The notes under the pieces were generated by a model, which was not told the origin of the DNA, ran no database searches, and was given only the letters and a program-made list of their open reading frames with translations. Below are positions 24,176-37,515 of a stretch of 64,000 nt of DNA, in pieces (the stretch's first letter is position 1; every line of letters starts with the position of its first letter). The stretch is from Eledone cirrhosa (Eukaryota), in contig OZ024742.1 in NCBI GenBank assembly GCA_964016885.1, forward strand, positions 95,480,001 through 95,544,000, in the 5' to 3' direction. Position numbers and translations under genes: made by a program.

Positions 24176-24489
24176 ATACTTAACGTAATGGCTGCAACTC
24201 GGTTTCAAGATTTAGTACCCCTTGATCTTTTTCTCATACATGGTTGACACAAAAAAAACTTTTAGCCCTGCCAAGGATTTAGATTATGCATATGCTGCAG
24301 TAAAAGAAAAAAGCAAAGGCCATGCTCACGCAACACATGGGGAAGTGGTTTAGATCAAGGGATGCCTGTGACTGTGTAATGCTCATATAGAACTGTTTCT
24401 GGCTAGGTTTCTATGGCTGAATGCCCTTCCCAATGCCAACCACATTTATGCTGGGTGTGATACCTACATGATCACTTTATAGTATTGAT

Positions 24490-24900
24490 TCAGGCATGAG
24501 TCCAGGGTTCTGAGGCAAGCAACGAGGCCAAAATCTGTGAGGTGGGGTGGAGTGCCATGTGGATCGGAAATGCTGGGTGACTGGTGACTGGCTGCCAAGT
24601 TGGATGTCTTGGAGATGCTTGGCGACTGGTTTGTCCAATGTAAATGACCATGCATGGCATTCAATGGAGTCTGTAGACAAGACTGGAAGAGGTGCATTAG
24701 AAGGAATCCCTGAAGGAAAGCCTGGATATTGGGTCAAATGAGGGTCGTGGTGTTGTGACTGAAGTTGCACGTGTGGCTGTGGGATTGAGAGCAGGAGTAG
24801 GATCTACGGAAGGAGATATTGTAAAAGTTGCATAAAAGATTGAAGGAGGGGAGGTTGTGGGAGGAATATGGAGGAAGTAGAGGGGTCTGACAGGAGGAGG
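24490..24900 (-). pseudogene. Degenerate PLE GIY-YIG fragment
   Basis: Reverse complement SF*CTSSSLVYRLH*MPCMVIYIGQTSRQ...VTQHF. Confidence 0.65.
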
Positions 24901-24949
24901 TGGAAGAGATGGATGATCATCCTCAGGAGAGGCAGTGTGGATGGGTAGT

Positions 24950-25095
24950 AGATAAGATGGAATTGGAGTCAGATGTATCAGTTGACCTACAAATAGTAGA
25001 GGCACATTTTATTAGGAAACAGAAGCCTACACTGAATGGTTGGAGTGAGCTGGACACATGGATACACATACTCACATATGCCAACGGCTAATGGA
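24950..25095 (+). pseudogene. PLE endonuclease C-terminal fragment
   Basis: DLQIVEAHFIRKQKPTLN (E.x.I...KP.LN motif). Confidence 0.55.
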
Positions 25096-25504
25096 TTTGA
25101 CAAACCAAGAAAAATCTAGCCTGATGTAGAATTATTAATATGAAAGTGTTCAGTATCAAGTAACCAACACTAACCCAGCAACAGGGCTCAAAGACAGTAG
25201 ACATGTGACTGTTCATCGAAACTGTACTAAAACTAATCCTAATTCTAATACTAACCCTAACTCTAATTAAACTCTAACATTAACTCTAACACACTCATCA
25301 TTCTAAAGCTGTAACCTCACCTAAATGAACATTAAAACACAAACCATATACCGATTTTAAACAATGTTTATCTCGTTCATTGTATTTTATTTTATTCTTG
25401 CATTTCCCTCTTGGCTCCATTTAGCTCGCTCTTGCCATGAACAGCATGCACTACAAAAAAACTATACAACTTACTATACATACATGCTGCTTGAGATACA
25501 CCTA

Positions 25505-25509
25505 TATAT

Positions 25510-25578
<69 letters not shown>

Positions 25579-25693
25579 TATATACATATATATACATATA
25601 TATATACATTCATATATACATATATATGTATATATATATACATATATAATATATATATGTATGTATGTATGTATATATATATATTATATATAT

Positions 25694-25724
<31 letters not shown>

Positions 25725-25753
25725 TATATATACATAAATAATATATATATATG

Positions 25754-25791
<38 letters not shown>

Positions 25792-25793
25792 TA

Positions 25794-25838
<45 letters not shown>

Positions 25839-25884
25839 TATAATATATATATGTATATATATATATATATATACATATATATAT

Positions 25885-25968
<84 letters not shown>

Positions 25969-25985
25969 TATATACATACATATAT

Positions 25986-26016
<31 letters not shown>

Positions 26017-26027
26017 TATATACATAC

Positions 26028-26082
<55 letters not shown>

Positions 26083-26093
26083 TATATACATAC

Positions 26094-26131
<38 letters not shown>

Positions 26132-26295
26132 TTATATATATATATATATACATACATAAATTTAAATATAAATATACATACATATATTTTATATATATAT
26201 ATACATATATATATATACATATATTGTATATATATATATATATATAATATATATATATACATACATATATTATATATATATATACTTACATATAT

Positions 26296-26328
<33 letters not shown>

Positions 26329-26330
26329 TT
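25505..26330. repeat. Large imperfect (TA)n microsatellite
   Basis: Direct reading; others at 37045-37515, 40487-40668 and 59945-60345. Confidence 0.97.
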
Positions 26331-27061
26331 GTGTGTGTGTGTTTGTGTGCTCTGGTTATTGTTGTTTTGATATCCGAAAAATTGTTTGCTATACGTGATG
26401 TAAATGTAACATTTTCATTATGACTTTGAAATACCTTTTGTATTTTATTAGTACATAAGTATATAGCGAAATTAGCCTACATTTTCATTGCTGCTAGTTT
26501 GGTTGCACGATTTATCCTTGTGTTTGTGTCCTTCTGCAATCGTTTTTTTTTTCTATTAGTGCTGTGTTTGTTGCTGCTGTCTTATTCTTGTTGTTGTTTA
26601 AAGTCCTCCTCCCTTCAATTGTGTTTTTCTGTTGTATTATTGTGGTTGTTGCAGCTGCGTTATTTGGGTTGTTAGTTGTATTTGTTTCAGTTTATTTATG
26701 GTGGTTCTTTGTGTGTTTGATCAAGCTTAATAGCTTAGTTGAGATAAAAGCCTTTCTCTTGAAATGTAAACAAGGAACGAAATAAAACAAAAGCAAGCAG
26801 CAGATAAAACCTTTCTCTTCATCTCCTGCTGCTTTATCTTCCAAGATATAACAGGAACACCCTAGAAAGGTTCCTTGACGGAACCATCTTCTCTCTCTCA
26901 ACAGCGTTTAAATTCCATTATTTGCTATTGTGTTTCTAGAAAAATATTAATGCATTGGTAGGTTCTCTGTTGTTCTCTGTATATTAGCTGTGTCTTGTAT
27001 GTGTGTGTGATTTTGATGTTGATGCTATTCCATGTTATATATATATGTGTGTGTGTGTGTG

Positions 27062-27120
<59 letters not shown>

Positions 27121-27826
27121 GAATATATTTATATGTATATAAATGTAGGTATATATGTGTGTATATGTATGTATTACATATGGCAAGACATTTTAGATCA
27201 TTGGCTGGGCTAAAAAGCCACATTCGATTGCAGCGCTGTTAGTTGCTATCGTGTGTGTGTGTGTGTATAGATATGTTTATGTGTGTGCGTGTGTGTGTGT
27301 ATATACATATGTATATTATTATTGTTGTTGTTGTCGTTATTATTATTGTTGTTGTCGTTATTATTATTGTTGTTATTATTATTATTATTATTGTTATTAA
27401 TGTATATGTGTATGTATATATATATGTGTGTATATATGTATATGTATGTGTGTATATATATATATATATATTTCTTTTTTTATTTTAATTTTATTTTTTA
27501 TTTATTTATTAATTGTTTTTTCTCCTCGTGCAATGGCCATACTCGATAACGAGGGGGCAGCCATCATATGTATGTATGTATGTGTGTATATATATATAAA
27601 TATACATATATATATATACACATTCAAACATGTCTCCATGTATGTATAAATATTTATTTAAGTAAAAGAAAGAGTGGAGAAGTAAAACAGGATTTGTAAC
27701 TCTCTATGGAGATTTAGTGTTAATTTACTAGTGAAAGACCCAATTATTCCCGAAAGTCAATTAAAACCATTTATTGATTTTTTTTTCAATTAATAGGGGA
27801 AAAAAAAAGAAAATATATATATATAT

Positions 27827-27940
27827 AAGTAGTTCCACAACAGCTAGTACTAACTGTTGTGGAACTACTTCTACCAAACTCGCCCCATGGACTGAGTGCT
27901 CTACTACTGCAGATATAACCCACCAGTTTTCTGCCACTAT
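27827..27940. mobile_element. Family E fragment with 22-bp head-to-head hairpin
   Basis: AAGTAGTTCCACAACAGCTAGT|ACTAACTGTTGTGGAACTACTT, then homology to 16900-16990. Confidence 0.65.
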
Positions 27941-29935
27941 ATCATCATTACCGTTTTACCTCCGTTCTAGCATGGGTTAGACGGGTTGTCCTGTTGTGGG
28001 CAGTCTCCGGTCGGCTGACCATGCCTTGCTCATACGGGCACTTATTCTGGCTTGATTTCTACAGCTGGATGCCCTTCCTAACACCAACCTCATTTACAGT
28101 GAGTGCTGGGTGCTTTTTTCCATGGTGCCTACACGTCCACTTTACAGTGTGGGCTGGGTGCTTTTTTGCCGTAGCACCTCAGCAACCACTTTGCAGTGGG
28201 AGGGTGTGGGGGAATATTGTCTATATGCTTCAGCTTCAGCTTGTACCCGTGGGGGGTCGGGTCTTCTGTATTACTGCGTGACGCCAGAGGTCACGGTCGT
28301 GTGTCATCGCTTTTGAGAGGTGTAATTGGGTAAGGTCGGCTTTTATCACTTAATCCCAGGTCTTCTTGGGTCTCCCCACTCCGCGGTTTCCATCGACTTC
28401 TAGCTCTCTGCACCATTTTACGCAGCTGTCATCCTTCATACGCATCACATGTCCATACCAACGCCACCGCCTCTCCTGCACACAGCATTTGATTCCTCTT
28501 ATGCTCAGTCTCTCTCTCAATTTATTTATGCTTTGCCGTTCACGTATATTACTATTACCCATCTATCGGAGCATGCAGGCTTCGTTTCTTTCTAATCTAC
28601 ACAAGTCTTCCACAGACAGCACCCACGTCTCACTACCATGTAACATTGCTGTTCATATACATGCATCATACAGTCTGTCTTTCATTTTGAGAGCAAAGCC
28701 TTTTGCAGCTAGCAGTGGCAGAAGCTCCCTGAACTTCTTCCATCCCGTTCTTACCCTAGTTATTGTACTTTCCAAACACCCACCTCCGCTGCTAATTCGG
28801 TCACCTAGGTAGCAAAAGCTGTCTACTGTTCCTACAGATCCCTCCCAGAGTTTGGTGGTACTTGTTTCCTGTGGCTGTTTGCTGCTTGCTGTCCCAGCAC
28901 AGCTGCTGCATGTGAAGCCTACATTCTTAGTTAAGCTACCTGAGATCCCGCTACATCTCTTGTGTACTCATTGTTTGCATTTGAGGCAGAGAATGGAGTT
29001 CCTACCTACACCTTTCCTACATACTGAGCAAGGCCATTTCTCTGAGGTAATGTGGGTTCTGTTTTCTCATCTACTTACAAGGACCCTAGTACTTGACACG
29101 TTGATTTTGAGACCCTTTCTATCTAGTCCCTGCTTCCAAGTTTGGAATTTCTTCTCTAGTTCTACCATAGATTCAGCTATAAGTGCGAGGTCATCCACAT
29201 ACAGGAGTTCCCATGAGCATCCGGTCTTAAACTCCACCGTTATTGCCTGCAGAACTATGATAAACAGGAGAGGGCTAAGAACAGAGCCTTGGTGGACACC
29301 AACATGTACGCTAAATTCCTCGCTATACTCATTGCTAATCCTAACTTTGCTGACTGCTGCCCTATACATGGCTTGTACAGCTTTCACAAGCCATTCATCT
29401 ACTCCTAGTTTTCTAAGAGCCCACCAGATTCTAGCACGAGGAACTCTGTCAAAGGCTTTCTCCAGATCGATGAATGCCAGGTAGAGCGGCTTACTTTTAG
29501 CTAGGTACTTTTCCTGTAACTGCCTCACAAGGAAGAGGGCATCAGTGGTGCCTCTTCCTGGCACAAACCCAAATTGCATTTCATCTAGTTTCACCTGGTC
29601 CCTAATCAACTGTGCTATAACTCTTTCTGTTACTTTCATGACCTGGTCCATCAACTTTATACCTCTATAGTTTCCTCTATCTAGTGCATCACCTTTACCT
29701 TTGTAGCAGTTGACAATGATCCTACTGCACCAATTGTTTGGTATGACACCTTCTAGTATTACTTGGTTAACAATACGTGTGGGTATGGTGTGACCCACCG
29801 ACTCAGATTTTTTCATCTTCTCGGTAGCTATACTCGATGAACCGGTTGCCTTCCCCGTCTTCATATCTTTGATTGCCTTACTTACTAAGCCTCATTTGAC
29901 TTGTACTGCTGGCCCCTCTATAGGGTTTACTTGGG
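27941..29935 (-). mobile_element. RTE-clade LINE, 5'-truncated, containing the RT domain
   Basis: ORF 29067-29864: NYRGIKL, QFGFVPGRGTTDA, FIDLEKAFDRVPR, GVHQGSVLSPLLF, LLYVDD; then PHD-like finger, RWYGHVMRM and 3' UTR. Confidence 0.95.
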
Positions 29936-31160
29936 GTGGGGTCTGTTCTTATTCTAGTTATTAATGATCCTGGAGAACCTTTCCCAACTGCTAGTCTGTC
30001 CCTTCTCATTGTGGTGCAATTCAGTACCGAGCCCCAAAATTATGGTTATGCTGTGAGATGGGTTCGGCTCCTTGTATCAGTGCCATCCAGTTCACATTGT
30101 AAATATGGTTGGTGTTAGGAAAGGCATCCAGCTGTAAAATACCTGGCCAAAATTACAGTCCTCGTTGGAGCAAGGTAAGCCGTGGCAAACTCTAGCCAGA
30201 CTTGTTTCCCAGCATGGACGACAGGTTTAACCCATGCAAGCATGGAAAAAATGGAGGCTAATTGGTGATGGTGGTATATATGTGTGTGTGTGTATCTATG
30301 TATGTATATATGTACATATATATTGTAAATATCAAGAGCATTTCTTGCTTGTGTTAAGGGCATGACAACCTCTCTACTGCTGGTGATCTACATGATAAAT
30401 ATATGCAGAACATTCTGTAATGTATTTGGTTTTATGAGGTTTATCGAGTTATAGAAAACTTGCCAAATGAAGAAGCATTTGTGTGTGGCACAATAAAATG
30501 ATACCAGTGCACTACATAGAGTACAGGAACAAATTCATGGGAGATGTAGGCCACTCTTCATCTTCGGCCTATCGTAGAAATTAGTAGCTCTAATGAAGGA
30601 TTTACTTATGACTGCAATCAGCTGTCCAACCATTGCTAACAGAATATGTGTGTGCGTGTGTATGCAAAGAGCAAACAGAAATAACAAAGCAAACAACACA
30701 GTACAATGAATAAATATATTATTTTGACACTTGATTTAGTAGGAAAAGATTCTTTACATTGATGCCAATTCTTAAACTGTTGATTGTAGCATTGTAGTCT
30801 TATCTGTTCTTGTTTGAAATATATATATATATATATAACAAAGGAATTGTGGTAAGGAACCAGATGGACCATAATGCACCAGAGTACTCAATACTTAGAA
30901 ATAATGTCGAAACGGCTTGAGCTCTGCCGTCATGGTCATACTTTTTCCTATATATATATATATTCACATTTGCATATTATTCAATATGTGGTTAGTATTA
31001 GAAAGGCCATCCAGCTGTAGAAACCAAGCCAGAAACACTTCTCTGTGAGCAAGATTTGGTCATCTGATGTGACTTGTCTCACAAATTAGCAATTCATCTA
31101 ACCCATGCTAGCATGGAAAATGGACATTAAACAGCGATGATAATGACAATGATATATATA

Positions 31161-31796
31161 GAGGAACCCCCCCCCCTGTTCTTGCTTTCTTCGTATTCCC
31201 CCCGCATTTTAAGTTACCTTAAATAGCAACTACACAGCCATTTCTATTCTCCATATATTTCATCATGTTTTTCGCTGGGACCGTTCTTCTCTCCCCTTTT
31301 ACCTACCTCTTTTGCCACTTTCTACTCTCACCCCACTTTCTTCTACTCCCTTTCTCCCTCTCACCGTCACCCCCTCGTCTGACCGCTTAGCAGTTCTTTT
31401 CTCACTCACAACTGCGGCGATCGGACGTGTGTCTTTTCTCTCGATTACTTAGTCTCGAACTTAAGTTCTCTTATCGAGTGGTCTTGGATTTCCTACCTAT
31501 AGTTGCTCGCACATTGCTCGGTTTGTGGGGTTTTTTCGCTGTTTTGTTACTGTTTCTCTTTTCTTCCCTTTTGCTTTCCTTCCCTCCTTCCTTCGTTTTC
31601 CCAATAACTTATCCAGTTATTGACGCCCTGGGGTGGAGTGGTATCTTGTCTTTAAAGCGAAGAAATATCCTAGACCCCCAGTAAACGACTGATGAGGAAA
31701 ACTCCCCTCCCCCCTTTTCTTGCGTTCTTTGTATTCCCACTGCATTTTAAGTTACCTTAAATAGCAACTACACAGCCATATCTATTCTCCATATAT
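31161..31796. mobile_element. Unclassified element with ~100-bp terminal direct repeats, inserted in (TA)n
   Basis: 31161-31258 repeated at 31694-31796; shares a short motif with 16056-16770. Confidence 0.7.
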
Positions 31797-31819
31797 ATAT
31801 ATATGTATATATATATATA

Positions 31820-32420
31820 TCATCATCATCATCATTTTCCACGCAAGCATGGGTGGGATGGGCTGACCCTTTGGGAGAGATTCAGGTCAGAGGACCATGT
31901 TTCGCTCACCTGGGGCTGATTTTGGCTTGGTTTCTACAGCTGGATACCTTTCCTAACACCAACCACATTTACTGTGTATGCTGGGTGCCTTTTGTTATGT
32001 CAACTACATGAACACTTTACACCGTGGGTTGGGCATTTTTAATTGTGTCATCGACATGACCACTTTACAGTGTGGACTGGGCACTTCTTGTCATGACTCC
32101 TACATGACAACATTACTGAGTGGACTGGGCGTTTTTTGTCTTGACAGATACATGACCACTATACATTGAGAGCTGGGAACTTTTATTGTAGCTCCAGGGT
32201 GGAGAGGGCACTTCATGGTCTGGGATGGAAACTAGGGAAAATCGGGGAGAGAAGCTTGGGTAAATTGAGGACGTCGGTAATAGGGAAGGGATGATTACAG
32301 CAAAGGGAGTTGTATGGGAGGGGAGATAATAGAAGGAGGTGTTGCTTATTAGATATATTCCTCAGTTCAAGCATATGGGAGGGCGGGTCTTCTGTAGAAC
32401 TGCATAGCGCCAGAGGTTGC
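31820..32420 (-). mobile_element. RTE 3' end with expanded ~48-bp subrepeats
   Basis: (CAT)n tail, GCAAGCATGGG and CAGCTGGATACCTTTCCTAACACC motifs. Confidence 0.7.
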
Positions 32421-32433
32421 ACTATATATATAT

Positions 32434-32652
32434 ATAGTGGCGGAACACTGGAAGGTAATATCCGTAGTGGTAGAGAACTCAGTCCAAGGGACGAGTTAGG
32501 TAGAAGTGGTTACACAACAGTTCGTTCACCATACCGAGAATGATTGTTTCACTTTAGCGGATCTTAGCGGATACACATCCCAAGCTGAAGATCCGCTAAG
32601 GTGAAACAATCATTCTAGGTATGATGAACTAACTGTTGTGTAACCACTTCTA
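32434..32652. mobile_element. Family E head-to-head fold-back insertion
   Basis: ~65-bp arms; HHR core CTGAAGA 32585-32591 and GAAA 32603-32606; (TA)n flanks. Confidence 0.8.
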
Positions 32653-33043
32653 TATATATATATATACAAGCTTTTTATAAATAATCAAGTTACTGGGCGA
32701 TTTATAATCTTTGAAAATATAGAAACCTCAAACACAGAAAATAAATAATAGTTTAGAAAATTATATCTAATATCCCTAGATATGTAAACATTTGGCCAAC
32801 ACTTACTACAGAGAATCAAACTTCATCTCCCTCAAATCCCAGCTGTGTTTTCTAATCTTTGGAAGAAGGGATCATGAACCACGCATTCCATAAAAATCCC
32901 TTAGATACACTAAACAGCTTTTGAAGTAATCATTCTTTTTTTATAAATTATCGATGACCAGGATGACTGGAAATTTTTGAAAATGTAGGAAAACTAAATT
33001 CAGAAAACATGTCAATTATTATAAATAATTTCTACTTTTATAA

Positions 33044-33441
33044 ATAATTGTTTCTACTTTTGGCACAAGGCCAGCTATTACCCCAGTGCATTACTGGTAC
33101 TTTATTTTATCGACCCCGTAAGGATGAAAGGCAAAGTTAACCTCGGCAGGATTTGAACTCAGAATGGCAAGGGCCGTAACTCAATGCGTCAAAGCATGGC
33201 GTCCGACCCTCTACCGATACTGCCAATCCACCACCTGAAATTGTTATAAATAATTGTTTCTACTTTTGGCACAAGGCCAGCAATTACCCCAATACATTAC
33301 TGGTACTTTATTTTATCGACCCCGTAAGGATGAAAGGCAAAGTTAACCTCGGCGGGATTTGAACTCAGACCGTAAAGGGACGTAACTATGCTGGAAAGCA
33401 TGGCGTCCGACTCTCTACTGATACTGCCAATCCACTGCCCT
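33044..33441 (-). mobile_element. Tandem pair of tRNA-headed SINEs (3916-4105 family)
   Basis: Two consecutive ~190-bp copies. Confidence 0.82.
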
Positions 33442-34785
33442 GTTATAAATAAATAATACCAGTCAATTGCTATAAATAATAACTTAGAAAATCATGTAAA
33501 ATATTCCTACAGATGGAAAAAGTTGCCAAGATGTCTTGTGTGCTTTAGTTATAAAGGTTCCTCTCATCTCCTATCATGTAACCATGTTTCCAGTCGCGGG
33601 AAACAGGATTTGAACTTAGAATTTACAGAGCACGAAAAAATGTTGCAAATTTAATCCTTCTGGTGCTTTAACAGTTCTATCTATCCTCAGTATTTTATAT
33701 ATTGATGCATAAATGATCAAAGGCAAAATGGTGGCATTTGAACTCAGAGTACAGATAACCAGAACAAATAGAACTAGGCTTGTAATCTGAAACTATAATG
33801 ATTCAAGTAATTGCCCTCTCTTTTAGGAAAACTGAATGATATTTACTAGACTACCATTGGGAGAAGCCTTCTCCAATTCAGACTTAAATGTCTTATTCAA
33901 ATATTTGCAAATACTACTAGGATCTGCACCTGCAATGAACTTCACCCTGGCTTACATCCATAGCTTTCACAATCCTTTTGGTATAATTGTTGAGACAAAA
34001 TATATGAAACATTTTTTAGTGGGTATCGAAACCAGAATGTTTGCTTCACTTTCCATCATTTATGCATAGAAAGACATTATTCCTGTTCTAATTCAGTCTA
34101 AATCCTTTGAGCAGCTGTCTGTCTGCTGTGTCTTTTCTCTTTCCATATTAAAATATCTCCTATTCCTCCCTCTACTCACTCATCACTGCCACTCCCATAT
34201 ATATATATGTATATATACTTACATGCATGCATACATACACACTCATGCATGGGAAATGTCTACTTAAATATACAATCCCTAAATCTTGGACAATCCTTTA
34301 CTGACCATAATAACCACAATCCATCCATCAATCTTTTCCATCCATCAAAATCTTTATTAGTTTCAAAACAACTACAACAGCAGTGACAATGACAGTGTCG
34401 ACCACCATTATCACCAAAGTTTTTATACATATAGGTTATCAAACTTCAAAGCCATAACTTATTATTTGACGAGAACAAAATACAAATAAAAATACAAACA
34501 AGAAATAATAAAATAAAATAACATAACCATGAAAAAGAATAGAATAGAATAACATAACCATGAAAAAGAATAAACATCTCCCTCTTGTCCAGTCTATTCC
34601 CAGCATGCAACTGATAGATGCATGCTGGGATAAATATCTGACACTCAAGTTTGAATATTACTTGTGGAAGCCATTCACGCAGTTCATATCAATCATATTT
34701 AGTATGAAGCTTTTTCTTAAAGATTATCAGAAGTTTAATATCACAAACTTGATATCAGAATACCCACCTTGTATATTCTTATGTG

Positions 34786-34965
34786 AATTGGTAGTATCTG
34801 TAGAGGGTCGGACATGCTTTCCAGTATAGTTATGTCCCTTTACGATCTGAGTTCAAATCTCGCCGAGGTTAACTTTGCCTTTTATCCATATGGGGTCGAT
34901 AAAATAAAGTACCAGTAATGTACTGGGTATTTGCTGGCCTTGTGCCAAAAGTAGAAAAGATTATT
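34786..34965 (+). mobile_element. tRNA-headed SINE (3916-4105 family)
   Basis: GAGTTCAAATCT...GGGGTCGATAAAATAAAGTACCAG. Confidence 0.78.
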
Positions 34966-35582
34966 ATTCTATCTCTTTCTTTATTATGATTGTTACTATT
35001 GTTATTTTTGAAGTGTGTGTGTGTGTCTTCCTGTATCAGTTCCAATGACGAGATTTCCAGTTATTCAAAACAACAACGGAACGGCCTACTTATGAAAATT
35101 AATATAAAAGTGGCTAAATATTCTTAAGATATATGCATCCTTAACATAGTTCCAAAAGGAATTCAACCTGACACAATGTGAGGCAATGCTGATATATTGT
35201 ATTACAGGTACAGCTCATTTTTTGCCAACTGACTGAACTGGATCAATTTAAAATACAGTGATTTTCCTCAACGACACAATTCATTCCTTGCTCGAGTTTT
35301 CAAACTTACCAAGCTATGCTCTAATGTCTCAATCTACTGGAACCCTTTTATAACAATAGTTGAAATTACTACTATCATTATTTTCCTTCTCCACATCGAT
35401 TTCCGCATATTTTGACAGGTCCTTTTAATATTATATTTTATTATCACTTATACTTTAGTAATTTATCATCTTAGTAAATATTTCAGTCTAAATATTGTAT
35501 GAACACACACATCCATATACAAACACACACAGACACACACACACACACATTTACACACACACACACACATATATATATATAA

Positions 35583-35641
<59 letters not shown>

Positions 35642-35699
35642 AATAAAGAAGAAATTAAAAGATGGTTAAAAATGTTCCATATATTTTATTATGCACATT

Positions 35700-35976
35700 T
35701 CGAAAACAACACCATCGTGGGACAAAACAATGGAGATGCCAAAAACAAAGGAGATACACAAAACAAAGAAAATAATCCCCAGTCGCTCAAGAGGTCACAG
35801 AATGTGTAACGAAAGAAATTTGACAATATATGAACAACCGTCCGGTTGTGGAACAAACCAACCAACCGGAAATTTATAAATTTTTAAATTCATAAATTTA
35901 ATTTATAATAAATTGGAGTGAAAGCACCTGGTGCGTGTGTTTCTTCTTGGCAACATGACCCTCCCAAAGCATAACA

Positions 35977-35980
<4 letters not shown>
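35700..35980 (+). mobile_element. Family C PLE 3' end with mutated HHR core
   Basis: Matches 22203-22458; core reads CTCAAGA. Confidence 0.8.
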
Positions 35981-36030
<50 letters not shown>

Positions 36031-36161
36031 GTGAGTTTTTTTTTACAAAATGAAAAATAACCGAGGTGTCCTACACGAGTGGAAGTATAAAGAAAAAGAG
36101 ATGAAATCGAAAATGCAACTGAAGTCTTATTTTTTTTTTAAATATAAATATTTATTTGGTT

Positions 36162-36199
36162 CCTTTACCGGTTTCGCAGTTCTTCTGCTTTTCAAAAGG
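36162..36199 (-). ncRNA. Minimal type I hammerhead, U3-A8 variant (family M)
   Basis: Reverse complement CCTT-TTGAAAA-GCAG aagaa CTGC-GAAA-CCGG-TA-AAGG; the element lies between (TA)n tracts at 36025-36230. Confidence 0.78.
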
Positions 36200-36226
36200 T
36201 GAGTTGAGATGGAGGGTCTGTGGTTT

Positions 36227-36275
<49 letters not shown>

Positions 36276-36481
36276 CATCAACATACAAAGAGACTTATAC
36301 ACACACACACACACACACGCACTTCTCCGTATAAGACAAAAGCTGAAAAATATCTTTTGACCTTCGAATGACTCTGCTGTGTGTATGTACGCACACACAC
36401 ACACACACACTTATCTTAATAGCCATTTGACACACATCGCTGGTGGCTATTGTCGCAGCATCGAACACCTTACTACTACTA

Positions 36482-36565
<84 letters not shown>

Positions 36566-37044
36566 TTGTTGTGAAAGAGTCATTTCTCAATCTTGGCGCA
36601 AAACCAATTTTTTATCCACATGACCTCTACCGACCAATCAAAATTGTTTTGACCATAATTTTTGCTGGAGCCACTTTTCTAACATTTTAACATAAAAACA
36701 GTCTTGGCGCAAAATCAACTTTTTACATTCACATGACCTCTACCGACCAATCAAAATTGTTTTGACCACAAGCATTTTTGCAACACAAAAATAACGCTGG
36801 AGCCATTTTTTTAACATAAAAACAGGTAGAATTCCCAAAACTAATCAGATCAGAGCAAACAGCACGGACACTCTATCTCAAAATTATTTTTGAAAAGCAT
36901 TTAGAAATGCGCAACCGGTAAAAACTTAAAAACTTAAAACCACAACTGAATACTAACCCATACAATCACTAATACTCTTTTATTCCTAATTAAACCATTT
37001 TTCAACTGTGAACAATTTGTCAGCATTTTCTATTCCGTTTACCA

Positions 37045-37079
<35 letters not shown>

Positions 37080-37080
37080 C

Positions 37081-37164
<84 letters not shown>

Positions 37165-37165
37165 G

Positions 37166-37256
<91 letters not shown>

Positions 37257-37296
37257 GTATATACATATATATAAATACATATATATATATATATAT

Positions 37297-37402
<106 letters not shown>

Positions 37403-37440
37403 TGTTATGCTTTGGGAGGGTCATGTTGCCAATAAGAAAC

Positions 37441-37514
<74 letters not shown>

Positions 37515-37515
<1 letters not shown>

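Noticed and set aside
25225-25292. Telomeric (CCCTAA)n array
   Set aside because: Only one exact unit in a short degenerate CTAA-rich run
25437-26262. Long I/Y-rich ORFs (also near 1005, 3619, 37000, 40400 and 59900-61600)
   Set aside because: Translations of (TA)n, (CA)n and (TG)n microsatellites, which lack stop codons
28366-29484. 148-aa and 210-aa plus-strand ORFs
   Set aside because: Antisense shadows of the RTE RT on the minus strand
33826-34070. Possible host exon after TTTTAG
   Set aside because: No recognisable protein motif and no supporting partner exons
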